From: Pyrinomonadaceae bacterium
GTDB lineage: Bacteria; Acidobacteriota; Blastocatellia; Pyrinomonadales; Pyrinomonadaceae
NCBI GenBank assembly: GCA_036266055.1
Contig: DATANW010000222.1
Span: forward strand, 536-64,535
Direction: 5' to 3'
Length of the DNA stretch: 64,000 bases
In this document: piece by piece, positions 26,444-37,232 of the stretch
How positions within the stretch are numbered: position 1 is the first letter of the stretch
How the letters are laid out: each line of letters begins with the position of its first letter
Made by a program: the position numbers and the translations under genes
Notes under the pieces: model-generated
Database searches by the model: none
Told to the model about the DNA's origin: nothing
What the model saw: only the letters and a program-made list of their open reading frames with translations

Positions 26444-27700
26444 TACCGCCATGCCATCCGAAAGCATTTCCAAATTGCTTGTCGCGACTTGCTCGTCAGC
26501 AGCCACACCGTTCTTGATCTCGATGAGATCGCCTTCAGTCTGTCCCGTTTGCACCAGACGCTGCTCGGCGTGCCCGTTTTTGATCACGAACACGCGACTC
26601 ACACCCGCCTGCGTCGTCACCGCACGTGACGGCACCAGCACCGCCGGTTCAGATCGCGGCTGCAGGATCCGCACAGTCGCAAATTGTCCCGGCTTCAACG
26701 CGCCACTGCTGTTTTCGATTTCCGCTTCGACAGTCAAGGTGCGCGAGGTAGCGGAAACGCTCGGCGCTATGCGCGCGACTCGCCCACTGAAATTCCGATC
26801 GGGCCACGCGCTCGTCGCGATCGACACTGCCTGTCCGACCTGGACCTCCGGAATCGCCTGCTCGGGAATGTCAATGCGAATGCGCAACGGGTTCGTGCGC
26901 ACGATCGTAGCGACCTTCTGCTGTGGCGAAACGTACTCGCCGAGGTCTGCCGTGCGCTCGGAAACAAAGCCGTCGATTGGCGAAAAGATGTTGGCGTACG
27001 AAAGGTTCTTCCGCGCCAGCGCCAACGAGGATTCAGCATTCGCGACGTTCGTGCGCGCAACTTGCACGGCCGCGAAATTCTGGCGCGCCTGCGCGAGCTG
27101 CACTTCATACTGCTCTTTCAACTGATCGCGTCGCGCCCGCGCATCGTCGTAGAACGATTGCGAAACGTCACCCGACTCGACCAGCTTTGCGGCCCTGATT
27201 AAATTCTTTTCCGCCAGTTCCAGCGTGACCTTCGCCGCCGCGACTTCCGCCACGCGATTCGGATCGAACGCCTGGTTGGACCTCAATCCGATCTTCTCTT
27301 CCGCCTGTCGCACCGCGGCTTTCGCCTGGTCGACTTGCGTCATTGCCTGATCGACGCGCAGTTTCAACTCCGATTCGTCGAGCCGCACGAGCATCTGTCC
27401 GCGTTTGACCGGACTTCCGATCTCGACGCCAACGGCAACGACTTTCCCGGACGTTTGCGGAGCGACGTCGGTCTGCTGATCGCCGGCGAGACTGCCGGTT
27501 GCTTCGAAGAAGCGCGGCAGGTCGCGTTTGATCGCGGCCGCGGTTGTGACCTCGACGACGGGAGGCGCGGCCGCGGCTGGTGTTTCCGTTTTGCCGTTGG
27601 CCTTCGAGCGTCCACACGCGGCGAAAAACGCCGCGACGGCGACGAGCAACAGCGCCAAAGAGATAAGCTTGATGTTTCGAGAGAACATTGTGCTAACCAT
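26435..27700 (-). CDS. RND efflux periplasmic adaptor (MFP/HlyD family)
   Basis: Lipoprotein-like N-terminus (LLLVAVAAFFAACG), coiled-coil hairpin and beta-barrel regions. Start set at MVSTMFSRNIK (alternative Met at 27688). The track extension to 27829 overlaps tetR. Confidence 0.85.
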   Translation of the reverse strand: MVSTMFSRNIKLISLALLLVAVAAFFAACGRSKANGKTETPAAAAPPVVEVTTAAAIKRDLPRFFEATGSLAGDQQTDVAPQTSGKVVAVGVEIGSPVKRGQMLVRLDESELKLRVDQAMTQVDQAKAAVRQAEEKIGLRSNQAFDPNRVAEVAAAKVTLELAEKNLIRAAKLVESGDVSQSFYDDARARRDQLKEQYEVQLAQARQNFAAVQVARTNVANAESSLALARKNLSYANIFSPIDGFVSERTADLGEYVSPQQKVATIVRTNPLRIRIDIPEQAIPEVQVGQAVSIATSAWPDRNFSGRVARIAPSVSATSRTLTVEAEIENSSGALKPGQFATVRILQPRSEPAVLVPSRAVTTQAGVSRVFVIKNGHAEQRLVQTGQTEGDLIEIKNGVAADEQVATSNLEMLSDGMAVKQ

Positions 27701-27726
27701 TTTTATTAGACCCGCCGGCCTCGAGT

Positions 27727-28377
27727 TCAGGTCGAAGCAGGAGCGGTAATTCCGTGTAGAAGAAGGTCCGTGAAATGCCGCGCCGCATCCTCGTTCGAGA
27801 TGTTGAGCAAGCGCCGAGTCGGGTCCCAAAGATTGTTGTTGAGCGAGTGGTGCATCACCATCCCGATGAAGCAGCGCACCACGATCGCCGGATCGATGTC
27901 GATAAACGCGCCCTCGCGTTGACGCTGGCGAATGTAGCCGCCGAGGAACTCGTAAACGCGCCGCACGAACTGATCGAAAAACATTTCAGACAGCTGGTGC
28001 TTCTCAAGTGCGGAGTGCAGCAGCAGTCGTTGAAAGTCGGGGTCGTGTTCGTGGTGGTTCAGCGCGCCGAGCGCCAGCGCCTCGAAGACGGCGCGATCGT
28101 CCTTGCGGCTGATGCCGTCCGCCGCCATCTTTTCAGGCTCGAAGGATTCGCCGCCGCGACATGCTTTGTGGTCGAGAATGGCGGCGTAGAGTTCTTCCTT
28201 GGTAGCGAAGTGACGGAACACCATCGCCTCGGACACGCCGGCCGCCTGTGCGATTTCTTTAGTGGTGGTGCCGCGAAAGCCTCGGTTGGAGAAGAGACTA
28301 ACGGCCACTGCGAGTATCTGTAGCCGCCGCTCTTCTCCAGCCATGCGTGCACCGCTCACGCCATCTGTTGTTGTCAT
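27727..28377 (-). CDS. TetR/AcrR-family transcriptional regulator
   Basis: HTH segment TTKEIAQAAGVSEAMVFRHFATKEELY. First gene of the efflux operon. ATG at 28377 preferred over TTG at 28389. Confidence 0.85.
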   Translation of the reverse strand: MTTTDGVSGARMAGEERRLQILAVAVSLFSNRGFRGTTTKEIAQAAGVSEAMVFRHFATKEELYAAILDHKACRGGESFEPEKMAADGISRKDDRAVFEALALGALNHHEHDPDFQRLLLHSALEKHQLSEMFFDQFVRRVYEFLGGYIRQRQREGAFIDIDPAIVVRCFIGMVMHHSLNNNLWDPTRRLLNISNEDAARHFTDLLLHGITAPAST

Positions 28378-28388
28378 CGTTCTGCTCA

Positions 28389-28404
28389 AAGTAAGTACTT
28401 ACTT
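28389..28404. promoter_or_regulatory. Perfect 16-bp palindrome AAGTAAGTACTTACTT, candidate TetR operator
   Basis: Self-complementary 16-mer 12 nt upstream of the tetR ATG. It overlaps the putative -10 element. Confidence 0.45.
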
Positions 28405-28428
28405 ACCAAGTCTGGTCATACGTGTCAA
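28400..28428 (-). promoter_or_regulatory. Putative sigma70-type promoter of the tetR-efflux operon
   Basis: The reverse strand reads TTGACA (28428-28423), then 17 nt, then TAAGTA (28405-28400). Confidence 0.4.
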
Positions 28429-28604
28429 GCGATGATTTTGTTCAATCCCGACTTGTATGGATCCCGATCTGTAACGTGATGTTTTTCGTACCCTTTCGCA
28501 ACAAGATGCGCGCATTCTGAACACTTTCATTCCCCTATTATCGTCGGCACAAAGCTTGCTCGACTATTCACGACCTAATCCTGCTTAAACAAAAGGAGTG
28601 TCCA

Positions 28605-28934
28605 ATGACTGAGAATCCAGGCATCAACCAACCAACTACCGGAACAAACGCGGGTACAACCGGAACTACCGGCGGCGCCGGAACGGCCCCTGCTCTATCG
28701 CAAACGGCTCAACAATACGGACAAAAACTTCAGGAAGTGGCGACACAGGCGAAGGACTACGTCGCGGATAAAGCTTCCGTCGTGGGCAACAAAATTAAAG
28801 ATTTGCAAAACGCTGATCTCGGTGAGCTCGCGGAAAACGCCAAAGAGTATGCGCGCAGAAAACCAGGTCAGGCACTTTTGATTTCAGCCGCAGTCGGCTT
28901 GGTACTCGGACTGCTCGTGCGCGGCAGACGGTAG
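28605..28934 (+). CDS. DUF883 / ElaB-YqjD-family membrane-anchored protein
   Basis: C-terminal RRKPGQALLISAAVGLVLGLLVRGRR tail anchor after a helical region, typical of DUF883. AAGGAG RBS. Confidence 0.7.
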   Translation: MTENPGINQPTTGTNAGTTGTTGGAGTAPALSQTAQQYGQKLQEVATQAKDYVADKASVVGNKIKDLQNADLGELAENAKEYARRKPGQALLISAAVGLVLGLLVRGRR

Positions 28935-28967
28935 TCATAGAAAAACTGCAACGGGGGTAAAACGATC

Positions 28968-29435
28968 ATGGCGGCAACAAGAAAAGGTTTGATGAACGTC
29001 GACGGAGGGCCGATCGCAACTACGACGCCTGCGGAAAACGAGAGTCTGCCAAATCTGATCAGTCGTTTAGGCGAAGACTTGATGCAGCTGGTTAATTCTC
29101 AGCTCGCGCTCCTCAAAGTGGAGATCAAAGAGGAGGCTAACGCCTACGCGCGCGGCGCTGCCATGATTGCGTTTGGCGCGGCCGTCGCCGTAGTCGGCTT
29201 TGCCCTGTTGAATGTGGCAATCGCGTTCGCGGTGTCGACTTTGTTTGCGCGGGCAAACTTTAGTCAGCCTGCGAGCTACGCACTCGGTTTTCTGGCCACC
29301 GGCGGTTTCTATCTGATTGTCGGCGCTATCGTCGTACTCGTGGTGAAGAGCCGGCTCGGCAAGCAAAACCTGGTGCCTACACGAACAGTTCAGGAACTGA
29401 GAAAGGACAAAGAATGGCTGAAGAACGAACTCTAG
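28968..29435 (+). CDS. Phage-holin-family (Holin-X / YqjE-like) membrane protein
   Basis: An amphipathic helix LISRLGEDLMQLVNSQLALLKVEIKEEA followed by two TM helices. Sits between DUF883 and DUF3618 genes. Confidence 0.6.
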   Translation: MAATRKGLMNVDGGPIATTTPAENESLPNLISRLGEDLMQLVNSQLALLKVEIKEEANAYARGAAMIAFGAAVAVVGFALLNVAIAFAVSTLFARANFSQPASYALGFLATGGFYLIVGAIVVLVVKSRLGKQNLVPTRTVQELRKDKEWLKNEL

Positions 29436-30052
29436 GATTGGCGCGCGCGCAGGATCAGACGGCTGAAGAGCCTTCCAAAGAGGAACTTCAGCGACGCCTC
29501 GACCACACGCGCGACTCGATTTCACAAACCGTAACGGAGATCAAAGAAACCGTGGCAAATCAGGTTCAGGCAGTGAAGAACACGCTCGACTGGCGCGAGC
29601 AATTCAAGAAACGACCCGTCGCGTGGAGCGCCGGTGCTATTGGTGTCGGTTTTCTCGTGGGTTACGGCGTCGGAAGCGCGTTCAAAGGTGACGACGAATA
29701 TCAGCGGTATTCGTCGGCGATCGAGCGCTACGGCGACGAGTCACGGAGCTACGCGGCCCAACCGATCCTCGGCACGTCACATGGGGAAATGGCAGTTCCG
29801 AGCATGGCGCCGCGAGCGGAAAACGGATCGAAAGATCACGGACCGGGTTTCTTCCAGAAAGTCGCCAACACTCACGCATTCGAGCGAGTAGTTGATGAGG
29901 CGGGAAATATCGGAAACGCGTTCGTCCAGGAACTTTCGAACACGGCGAAGACGGTCGTGCTGCCGGCATTGATCACGTCTTTGCGAAACTTCATCGGCGG
30001 TCATCTGCCGAACGCTCCGCAGTCGAAATATCAACCGACGCGAGACGAGTAA
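29414..30052 (+). CDS. DUF3618-like membrane protein
   Basis: EELQRRLDHTRDSISQTVTEIKETV... followed by the single TM PVAWSAGAIGVGFLVGY. Overlaps the preceding gene by 22 nt. Confidence 0.5.
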   Translation: MAEERTLGLARAQDQTAEEPSKEELQRRLDHTRDSISQTVTEIKETVANQVQAVKNTLDWREQFKKRPVAWSAGAIGVGFLVGYGVGSAFKGDDEYQRYSSAIERYGDESRSYAAQPILGTSHGEMAVPSMAPRAENGSKDHGPGFFQKVANTHAFERVVDEAGNIGNAFVQELSNTAKTVVLPALITSLRNFIGGHLPNAPQSKYQPTRDE

Positions 30053-30057
30053 GATCA

Positions 30058-30093
30058 GTGTCATCCGTGTTCGATAAAAGACACGGATGACAC
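30058..30093. repeat. Family-C hairpin (ATCCGTG core), 13-bp perfect stem
   Basis: GTGTCATCCGTGT (30058-70), loop TCGATAAAAG, ACACGGATGACAC (30081-93). An extra CGGATT half-site follows. It starts 6 nt after the DUF3618 stop. Confidence 0.75.
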
Positions 30094-30138
30094 GGATTAT
30101 CGTTGACTTGAAGTGCCTCACCTACCTAGACTCCCCGC

Positions 30139-31359
30139 ATGCTCAAACGAATAGCTGCTGTCTTCCTCCTGATCTTCGTCGTCGTCTCAATTGCACCCGC
30201 TGTCATCGCCGTTCAGGGTGATGTTGATCCCGAGCGGAAGCGCGCGTTTGAGCTTTTCAACGACGCTCAAGCCGCTCAAGCATTGCCGCTGTTTGAGAAA
30301 CTTGTAGTTCGCTATCCGGAAGACCCGAGCGTGATTGAAGCCTACGGCATGCTCGTGGTCTGGCAGAGTGCCTCGTTCCAGGATGCGGCGAAGCGAAAGC
30401 AGGAGCGCAAGCGTGGGCGCGAGATTTTGCTGAAGGCGCAGAACCTCGGCGCCAACAGCGTGCTCTTGAAGACGATGATTGAGTCGGTGCCGCCGGATGG
30501 TGGCGCCGATGAAACTTTCTCGATGAAGAAAGAAGTCGACGAGGCAATGCGCGAGGGTGAAGCGGCGTTCGCCAAGGGCGACATGCCGAAAGCGCTCGAG
30601 ATGTACCAACGGGCTCTGTTGCTCGATCCGAAGTTGTATGAAGCGGCGCTCTTCATTGGCGACGTCTACTTCAAAACCGCCGAGCAGAGGAAGGCGAGCC
30701 AATGGTTTGAACGCGCAGCTTCGATCGATCCGGATCGTGAGACTGCTTATCGCTACTGGGGCGACTCGCTGATCAAACAGGGACGCGGGACCGAAGCGGG
30801 AGATAAGTTTGTCGAGGCTTACATCGCCGCACCCTACAGCCGCCTGGCGCGCGCGGCGTTCTTGAATTGGGGGCAGAAAATGCAAGTCGCTCTCGGACAT
30901 CCCGAGATCAACATTCCAACGAACGTCTCGTCGAAGGGCGAGAACGACACGACGATAACGATCGACCCGAGCACGTTGGGCAAAGACGATAAGAGTGGTT
31001 CCGGCGCAGCGTGGATGGTCTACGGCATGATCCGCGCGACGTGGAAAGACGAGTTTGCGAAGAACTATCCGGAGGAGAAAACCTACCGCCACAGTTTGAA
31101 AGAAGAAGCGGCGGCACTGCGTGCAGCGATCAAGGTCGTTGACGAGAAGAAGATGAAGGACCCGAACTCGATCGACAAATCACTTCAATTGGTAATTGAG
31201 CTCAATAAAGAAGGACTGCTCGAATCGTTCATCCTTCTCGCTATGCCTGATCAGGGCATCGCCCATGACTACACCGCCTACCGCCGATCCAACATCGAAA
31301 ACCTGCGCCGCTACGTCAAGGACTACGTGTTGACGGGCGGCGCCGGTCCAAAGAAATAA
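30139..31359 (+). CDS. Tetratricopeptide-repeat protein, secreted
   Basis: Signal peptide [27 protein letters not shown]-like segments such as [28 protein letters not shown]. Confidence 0.7.
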   Translation: MLKRIAAVFLLIFVVVSIAPAVIAVQGDVDPERKRAFELFNDAQAAQALPLFEKLVVRYPEDPSVIEAYGMLVVWQSASFQDAAKRKQERKRGREILLKAQNLGANSVLLKTMIESVPPDGGADETFSMKKEVDEAMREGEAAFAKGDMPKALEMYQRALLLDPKLYEAALFIGDVYFKTAEQRKASQWFERAASIDPDRETAYRYWGDSLIKQGRGTEAGDKFVEAYIAAPYSRLARAAFLNWGQKMQVALGHPEINIPTNVSSKGENDTTITIDPSTLGKDDKSGSGAAWMVYGMIRATWKDEFAKNYPEEKTYRHSLKEEAAALRAAIKVVDEKKMKDPNSIDKSLQLVIELNKEGLLESFILLAMPDQGIAHDYTAYRRSNIENLRRYVKDYVLTGGAGPKK

Positions 31360-31370
31360 TCCGATCGGTG

Positions 31371-33110
31371 CTACCGCGCACCGGGTGCGGGTTTGCGCGG
31401 GAGTTTCTCGTCGCGCATGGCGGTGTTGTAGACGAAGGCCGCCATGATGATCGCGGCCTGCTTCATGTCGTCGGCTTGAATGCGATCGAAGACGTCCTGG
31501 TTCGAGTGGTGCGTCCGCGTGTCGTATTCAATCTCGTCCTGAATAAACTGAAATCCCGGCAAACCAATCCCGTCAAACGAGAGGTGGTCCGTACCGCCGG
31601 TGTTTGAGATCGACAACGTGTTCGCGCCCATATCCTTGAACGGCGCCAGCCACTGCCGGAACAATCCGCGCACGCCTTCGTTGCCCTGCATGTAAACGCC
31701 GCGAATCTTGCCCGTGCCGTTGTCGAGATTGAAATACCCGCTAAACTTCTCGTACTCCGGCTTCGTGACGAGCGTCTGCGCCGGACGTTGCGCGCCTCCG
31801 TTACCATTTCCGTTGCCGTTGCCCCCGCCGTTTCCGGCTGCGTTCGCGGCGCCGCCCGTAGCCGGTGCTGCCGACGTCGCTGGATTCTGCATGCTGCCGA
31901 AGTGCTGCGCGACGTAAGCGCGCGAACCAAGCAGACCCTGTTCTTCACCACTCCAAAGCGCGATGCGAATCGTGCGACGGGGTTTCAAACCGAGTGCCTG
32001 AATGATGCGCACCGCTTCCATGGCAACTGCGCAACCTGCGGCGTTGTCAGTCGCGCCTGTGCCGGAGTGCCACGAGTCCATGTGACCACCAAGCATCACG
32101 ATCTCGTCTTTCAGATCGGTGCCCGGGATCTCGGCGATGGTGTTGTAGCCCATCGGATCGGCGTCCTGGTATGCGACCGAAAGATCGACGGTCATTTTCA
32201 CCGCTTCACCAGCCTGAATCATGCGAGCGACGCGGTTGTAGTGTTCGATGGCCAGCACTGCTTGCGGCATGATCTTCGCTGCCTTGTCGTAAGGCCGAAC
32301 TCCGCCGCCGAATCCACCGCCTCCGGCCGGAGGTGCATTTGGGTCGACCGGCGCCGGCGTCACAGTTGCTGACTGAACGAAGATGGTGCCACCGTCGCCG
32401 CGACCCGGATCGATGAGCATCGCGACGCCTTCCTGTTCAAAGAAGCGCAGCTTATTGGCGGAAAAAGTTGCCGCGGCGCGCGCGTTCGGATTGCCGCCGA
32501 AGTTGGGCCGTCCGCCCTGGCGCGGTTCCGGTGCGTCCGCGAGATTGAGCAGTTCCTTTTCATCGAGGCGAGTGCCCAACGCTTCGAAATGAGCGGTGAC
32601 GTCGCGCATCGGCGACGTCAACACGATCTTCCCGTTCAGTTTGCCTTTGAACTTTTCGAGATCCGTGTCGGAGCGGGCGTCGACGTAAACCACGTCAGCC
32701 GTCACTGGACCATTCGTTCCGGGAGACCACGCTTTCGGATAGGCGATCAAGGGAATCGCGATCGGCTCAACCACCTGCGCCGAAAACTTCTTGAGCGTCC
32801 AGCCGCGGCCGAATGGTCCCCACGACTCGAGGTGCGCGTTTTGCAGTCCCCACTTGGTCAACTGATCGCGCGTCCATTCGTTGGCCCGTTTCATGCCGGG
32901 CGACGCCGTCAGACGTGGTCCAATCACGTCGCTCAGATAACTCAACGTCTGCATTACCTGCGAGCGATTGGTTCCCTCATCCTTGATTTTTACAATCGGA
33001 TCGTTGGGGTCAGGCGCCGGTGCCTGCGCGGGAGTCTGCGCAGTAAGTGTCGCCGGCGACACGATAAGGATCACGAGCAGCACTATCGCTGCATAGCGCC
33101 GAACAATCAT
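31371..33110 (-). CDS. M28-family metallopeptidase with PA domain, secreted
   Basis: [19 protein letters not shown] and [11 protein letters not shown] zinc-ligand motifs. Signal peptide [24 protein letters not shown] (start moved from 33233). Internal GNGGGNGNGNGNGG low-complexity insert. Confidence 0.8.
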   Translation of the reverse strand: MIVRRYAAIVLLVILIVSPATLTAQTPAQAPAPDPNDPIVKIKDEGTNRSQVMQTLSYLSDVIGPRLTASPGMKRANEWTRDQLTKWGLQNAHLESWGPFGRGWTLKKFSAQVVEPIAIPLIAYPKAWSPGTNGPVTADVVYVDARSDTDLEKFKGKLNGKIVLTSPMRDVTAHFEALGTRLDEKELLNLADAPEPRQGGRPNFGGNPNARAAATFSANKLRFFEQEGVAMLIDPGRGDGGTIFVQSATVTPAPVDPNAPPAGGGGFGGGVRPYDKAAKIMPQAVLAIEHYNRVARMIQAGEAVKMTVDLSVAYQDADPMGYNTIAEIPGTDLKDEIVMLGGHMDSWHSGTGATDNAAGCAVAMEAVRIIQALGLKPRRTIRIALWSGEEQGLLGSRAYVAQHFGSMQNPATSAAPATGGAANAAGNGGGNGNGNGNGGAQRPAQTLVTKPEYEKFSGYFNLDNGTGKIRGVYMQGNEGVRGLFRQWLAPFKDMGANTLSISNTGGTDHLSFDGIGLPGFQFIQDEIEYDTRTHHSNQDVFDRIQADDMKQAAIIMAAFVYNTAMRDEKLPRKPAPGAR

Positions 33111-33170
33111 GGGTGTGTTCTCCTCGGATAGTTGGTGGTGTCGCGAGCGGGTGCTTTTAGGCTTTATTTT

Positions 33171-33223
33171 GCGTCTTTGCGCCTTTGCGGGAAACTTTAT
33201 ATCCCGCAGAGACGCCAAGGCGC
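33171..33223. repeat. Family-B hairpin (CCTTTGCG units)
   Basis: GCGTCTTTGCGCCTTTGCGGGA, loop AACTTTATA, TCCCGCAGAGACGCCAAGGCGC. The stem is about 22 bp with 2 mismatches and 2 G-U pairs. Confidence 0.7.
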
Positions 33224-33295
33224 AAAGGACCAAACCTGAAGTTCTCTGCTATACGACACTACGGAATAAATGGATATGGCCGCCGGGATTTTAGA

Positions 33296-35797
<2,502 letters not shown>

Positions 35798-35815
35798 TCA
35801 GTCCAATCCGTGTTT

Positions 35816-36943
35816 CTATAACCGTCTCACAAAGCACCTGCCGGGTAACGCGCGAACGAGATCACGAATCTCCAAACTCAATAGTGCCGCATTCAACTGA
35901 GAAACCGGCAACTTGCTTTTTTCGATCAACCAATCGACATGCACGGGACTATCAGGCGTCAACAATCTAAAGACGGAGGTTTCCATCCCTGACATCCCCT
36001 CCGGCACGAGCGACAACCGGTCCGAAAGCGTGTTCTCCTTTTTCGTCGACGGCGGCAACAACTTCGCCGCGATCTGCTGCGGCAACTCCGCTGCAATGTC
36101 CTGCCACTGTTGGACCAACTTCGCTCCGGCGCCTTTGATCAGATAGTTCGTGCCGAACGAATTGCGCGACGTGATGTTCCCCGGCACGGCAAACACTTCC
36201 CGGTTTTGTTCGATCGCCAGTCGCGCAGTTATCAAAGAACCTGAATTCTCCGCCGCTTCCACCACCACGATGCCCAGGCTCAGTCCGCTAATGATGCGGT
36301 TGCGGTACGGAAAGTTTTCCGACACCGGCGGCGTCTTCAGCGGGAACTGCGTCACGAGCGCGCCGCCGTGTGCCAATATCTGCGCGGCCAGCTTCACATG
36401 ATCCCGCGGATATGCCTCGTCAAGCCCGGTGCCGAGGACTGCCACGGTCCGGCCGCCTGCTTCGAGCGCGCCGCGATGTGCGGCAGCGTCAATTCCCCGC
36501 GCGAATCCCGAGACGACCGTCACTCCACGTTGCGCTAAATCACGCGCCAGCATCAACGCCGAGTTCTGGCCGTAGGTCGAGCACCTACGCGAGCCGACCA
36601 CGCCGATACAGGGTTGATCCAAACATTCTGACCACGCGCCTTTTACATAGAGAACAATAGGCGGGTCGTAGATCTCACGTAAGGATGAGGGATAAACCCC
36701 GTCGTCCAACAAAATGATGTCGCCGCCGAGTCGTCTGACCGCGTCGATCTCGGCTTCAGCCGTCGACTGCAAGTCGCGGGCAATTATCGTATCGACTGCC
36801 TCAGGCGGCAGGCGCAATTGCTCCAACTGGCTGCGAGTGGCGCTGTAGACGGCACCGGCAGATCCGAAGCGTTCCAAAAGTTTGGCAGCGGCGCGAGGTC
36901 CGATGCCTGGAGTCATATTGAGCTCGACCCAATCTCTGATCAT
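35816..36943 (-). CDS. dprA: DNA-processing protein DprA (Smf)
   Basis: GFARGIDAAAHRGALEAGGRTVAVLGTGLD Rossmann-like core. Conserved dprA-topA synteny. Confidence 0.9.
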   Translation of the reverse strand: MIRDWVELNMTPGIGPRAAAKLLERFGSAGAVYSATRSQLEQLRLPPEAVDTIIARDLQSTAEAEIDAVRRLGGDIILLDDGVYPSSLREIYDPPIVLYVKGAWSECLDQPCIGVVGSRRCSTYGQNSALMLARDLAQRGVTVVSGFARGIDAAAHRGALEAGGRTVAVLGTGLDEAYPRDHVKLAAQILAHGGALVTQFPLKTPPVSENFPYRNRIISGLSLGIVVVEAAENSGSLITARLAIEQNREVFAVPGNITSRNSFGTNYLIKGAGAKLVQQWQDIAAELPQQIAAKLLPPSTKKENTLSDRLSLVPEGMSGMETSVFRLLTPDSPVHVDWLIEKSKLPVSQLNAALLSLEIRDLVRALPGRCFVRRL

Positions 36944-37012
36944 GTGAGGATTTCCTTTTCTAACAGCTTCGTGTTTATTCGTTAATTAGAAAGAACAGTA
37001 CTGCTAATCCGT

Positions 37013-37111
37013 TGGCGGAGGCGTGTAGGAATCGAACCTACCTGAGCCCGCTCTCACGGTCTCACTAACGGTTTTGAAGACCGCGCCATTCACCAGAACA
37101 GATTCGCCTCC
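37013..37111 (-). tRNA. selC: tRNA-Sec (anticodon UCA)
   Basis: 99-nt reverse-strand sequence GGAGGCGAATCTGTTCTGGTGAATGGCGCGGTCTTCAAAACCGTTAGTGAGACCGTGAGAGCGGGCTCAGGTAGGTTCGATTCCTACACGCCTCCGCCA. It has a 6-bp D stem with a 4-nt loop, anticodon loop CUUCAAA, a long extra arm, a TTCGATT T-loop and an encoded CCA. Confidence 0.85.
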
Positions 37112-37124
37112 ACGGAGGCCACAA

Positions 37125-37154
37125 ACCCTACGCGCCCCCAGCCTGAACTGTCAA
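37125..37154 (-). promoter_or_regulatory. Putative promoter of tRNA-Sec
   Basis: The reverse strand reads TTGACA (37154-37149), then 18 nt, then TAGGGT (37130-37125). The -10 ends 13 nt before the mature 5' end. Confidence 0.35.
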
Positions 37155-37179
37155 GGCGGCTGTCCGATCAGCCCGTCAT

Positions 37180-37208
37180 TTGCCTTTTCATTCGCTCGCC
37201 GCTAGAAT
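37180..37208 (+). promoter_or_regulatory. Putative sigma70-type promoter of boxC
   Basis: TTGCCT (37180-85), then 17 nt, then TAGAAT (37203-08). The palindrome CGAACGTTCG (37215-24) follows, before the ATG at 37233. Confidence 0.4.
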
Positions 37209-37232
37209 CCCGAACGAACGTTCGAACCAGCC

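Noticed and set aside
31788-31870. The GNGGGNGNGNGNGG-coding microsatellite-like stretch inside the M28 peptidase, considered as a slippage-prone contingency locus.
   Set aside because: The DNA is not a perfect short tandem repeat because the codons vary, so phase variation is unlikely. It is more likely a flexible linker insert.
36944-37232. tRNA-Sec considered as an integration hotspot flanked by a genomic island.
   Set aside because: - No integrase, direct repeat of the tRNA 3' end, or phage or IS genes lie on either side.
- The neighbours are core genes (dprA-topA) and a catabolic cluster.
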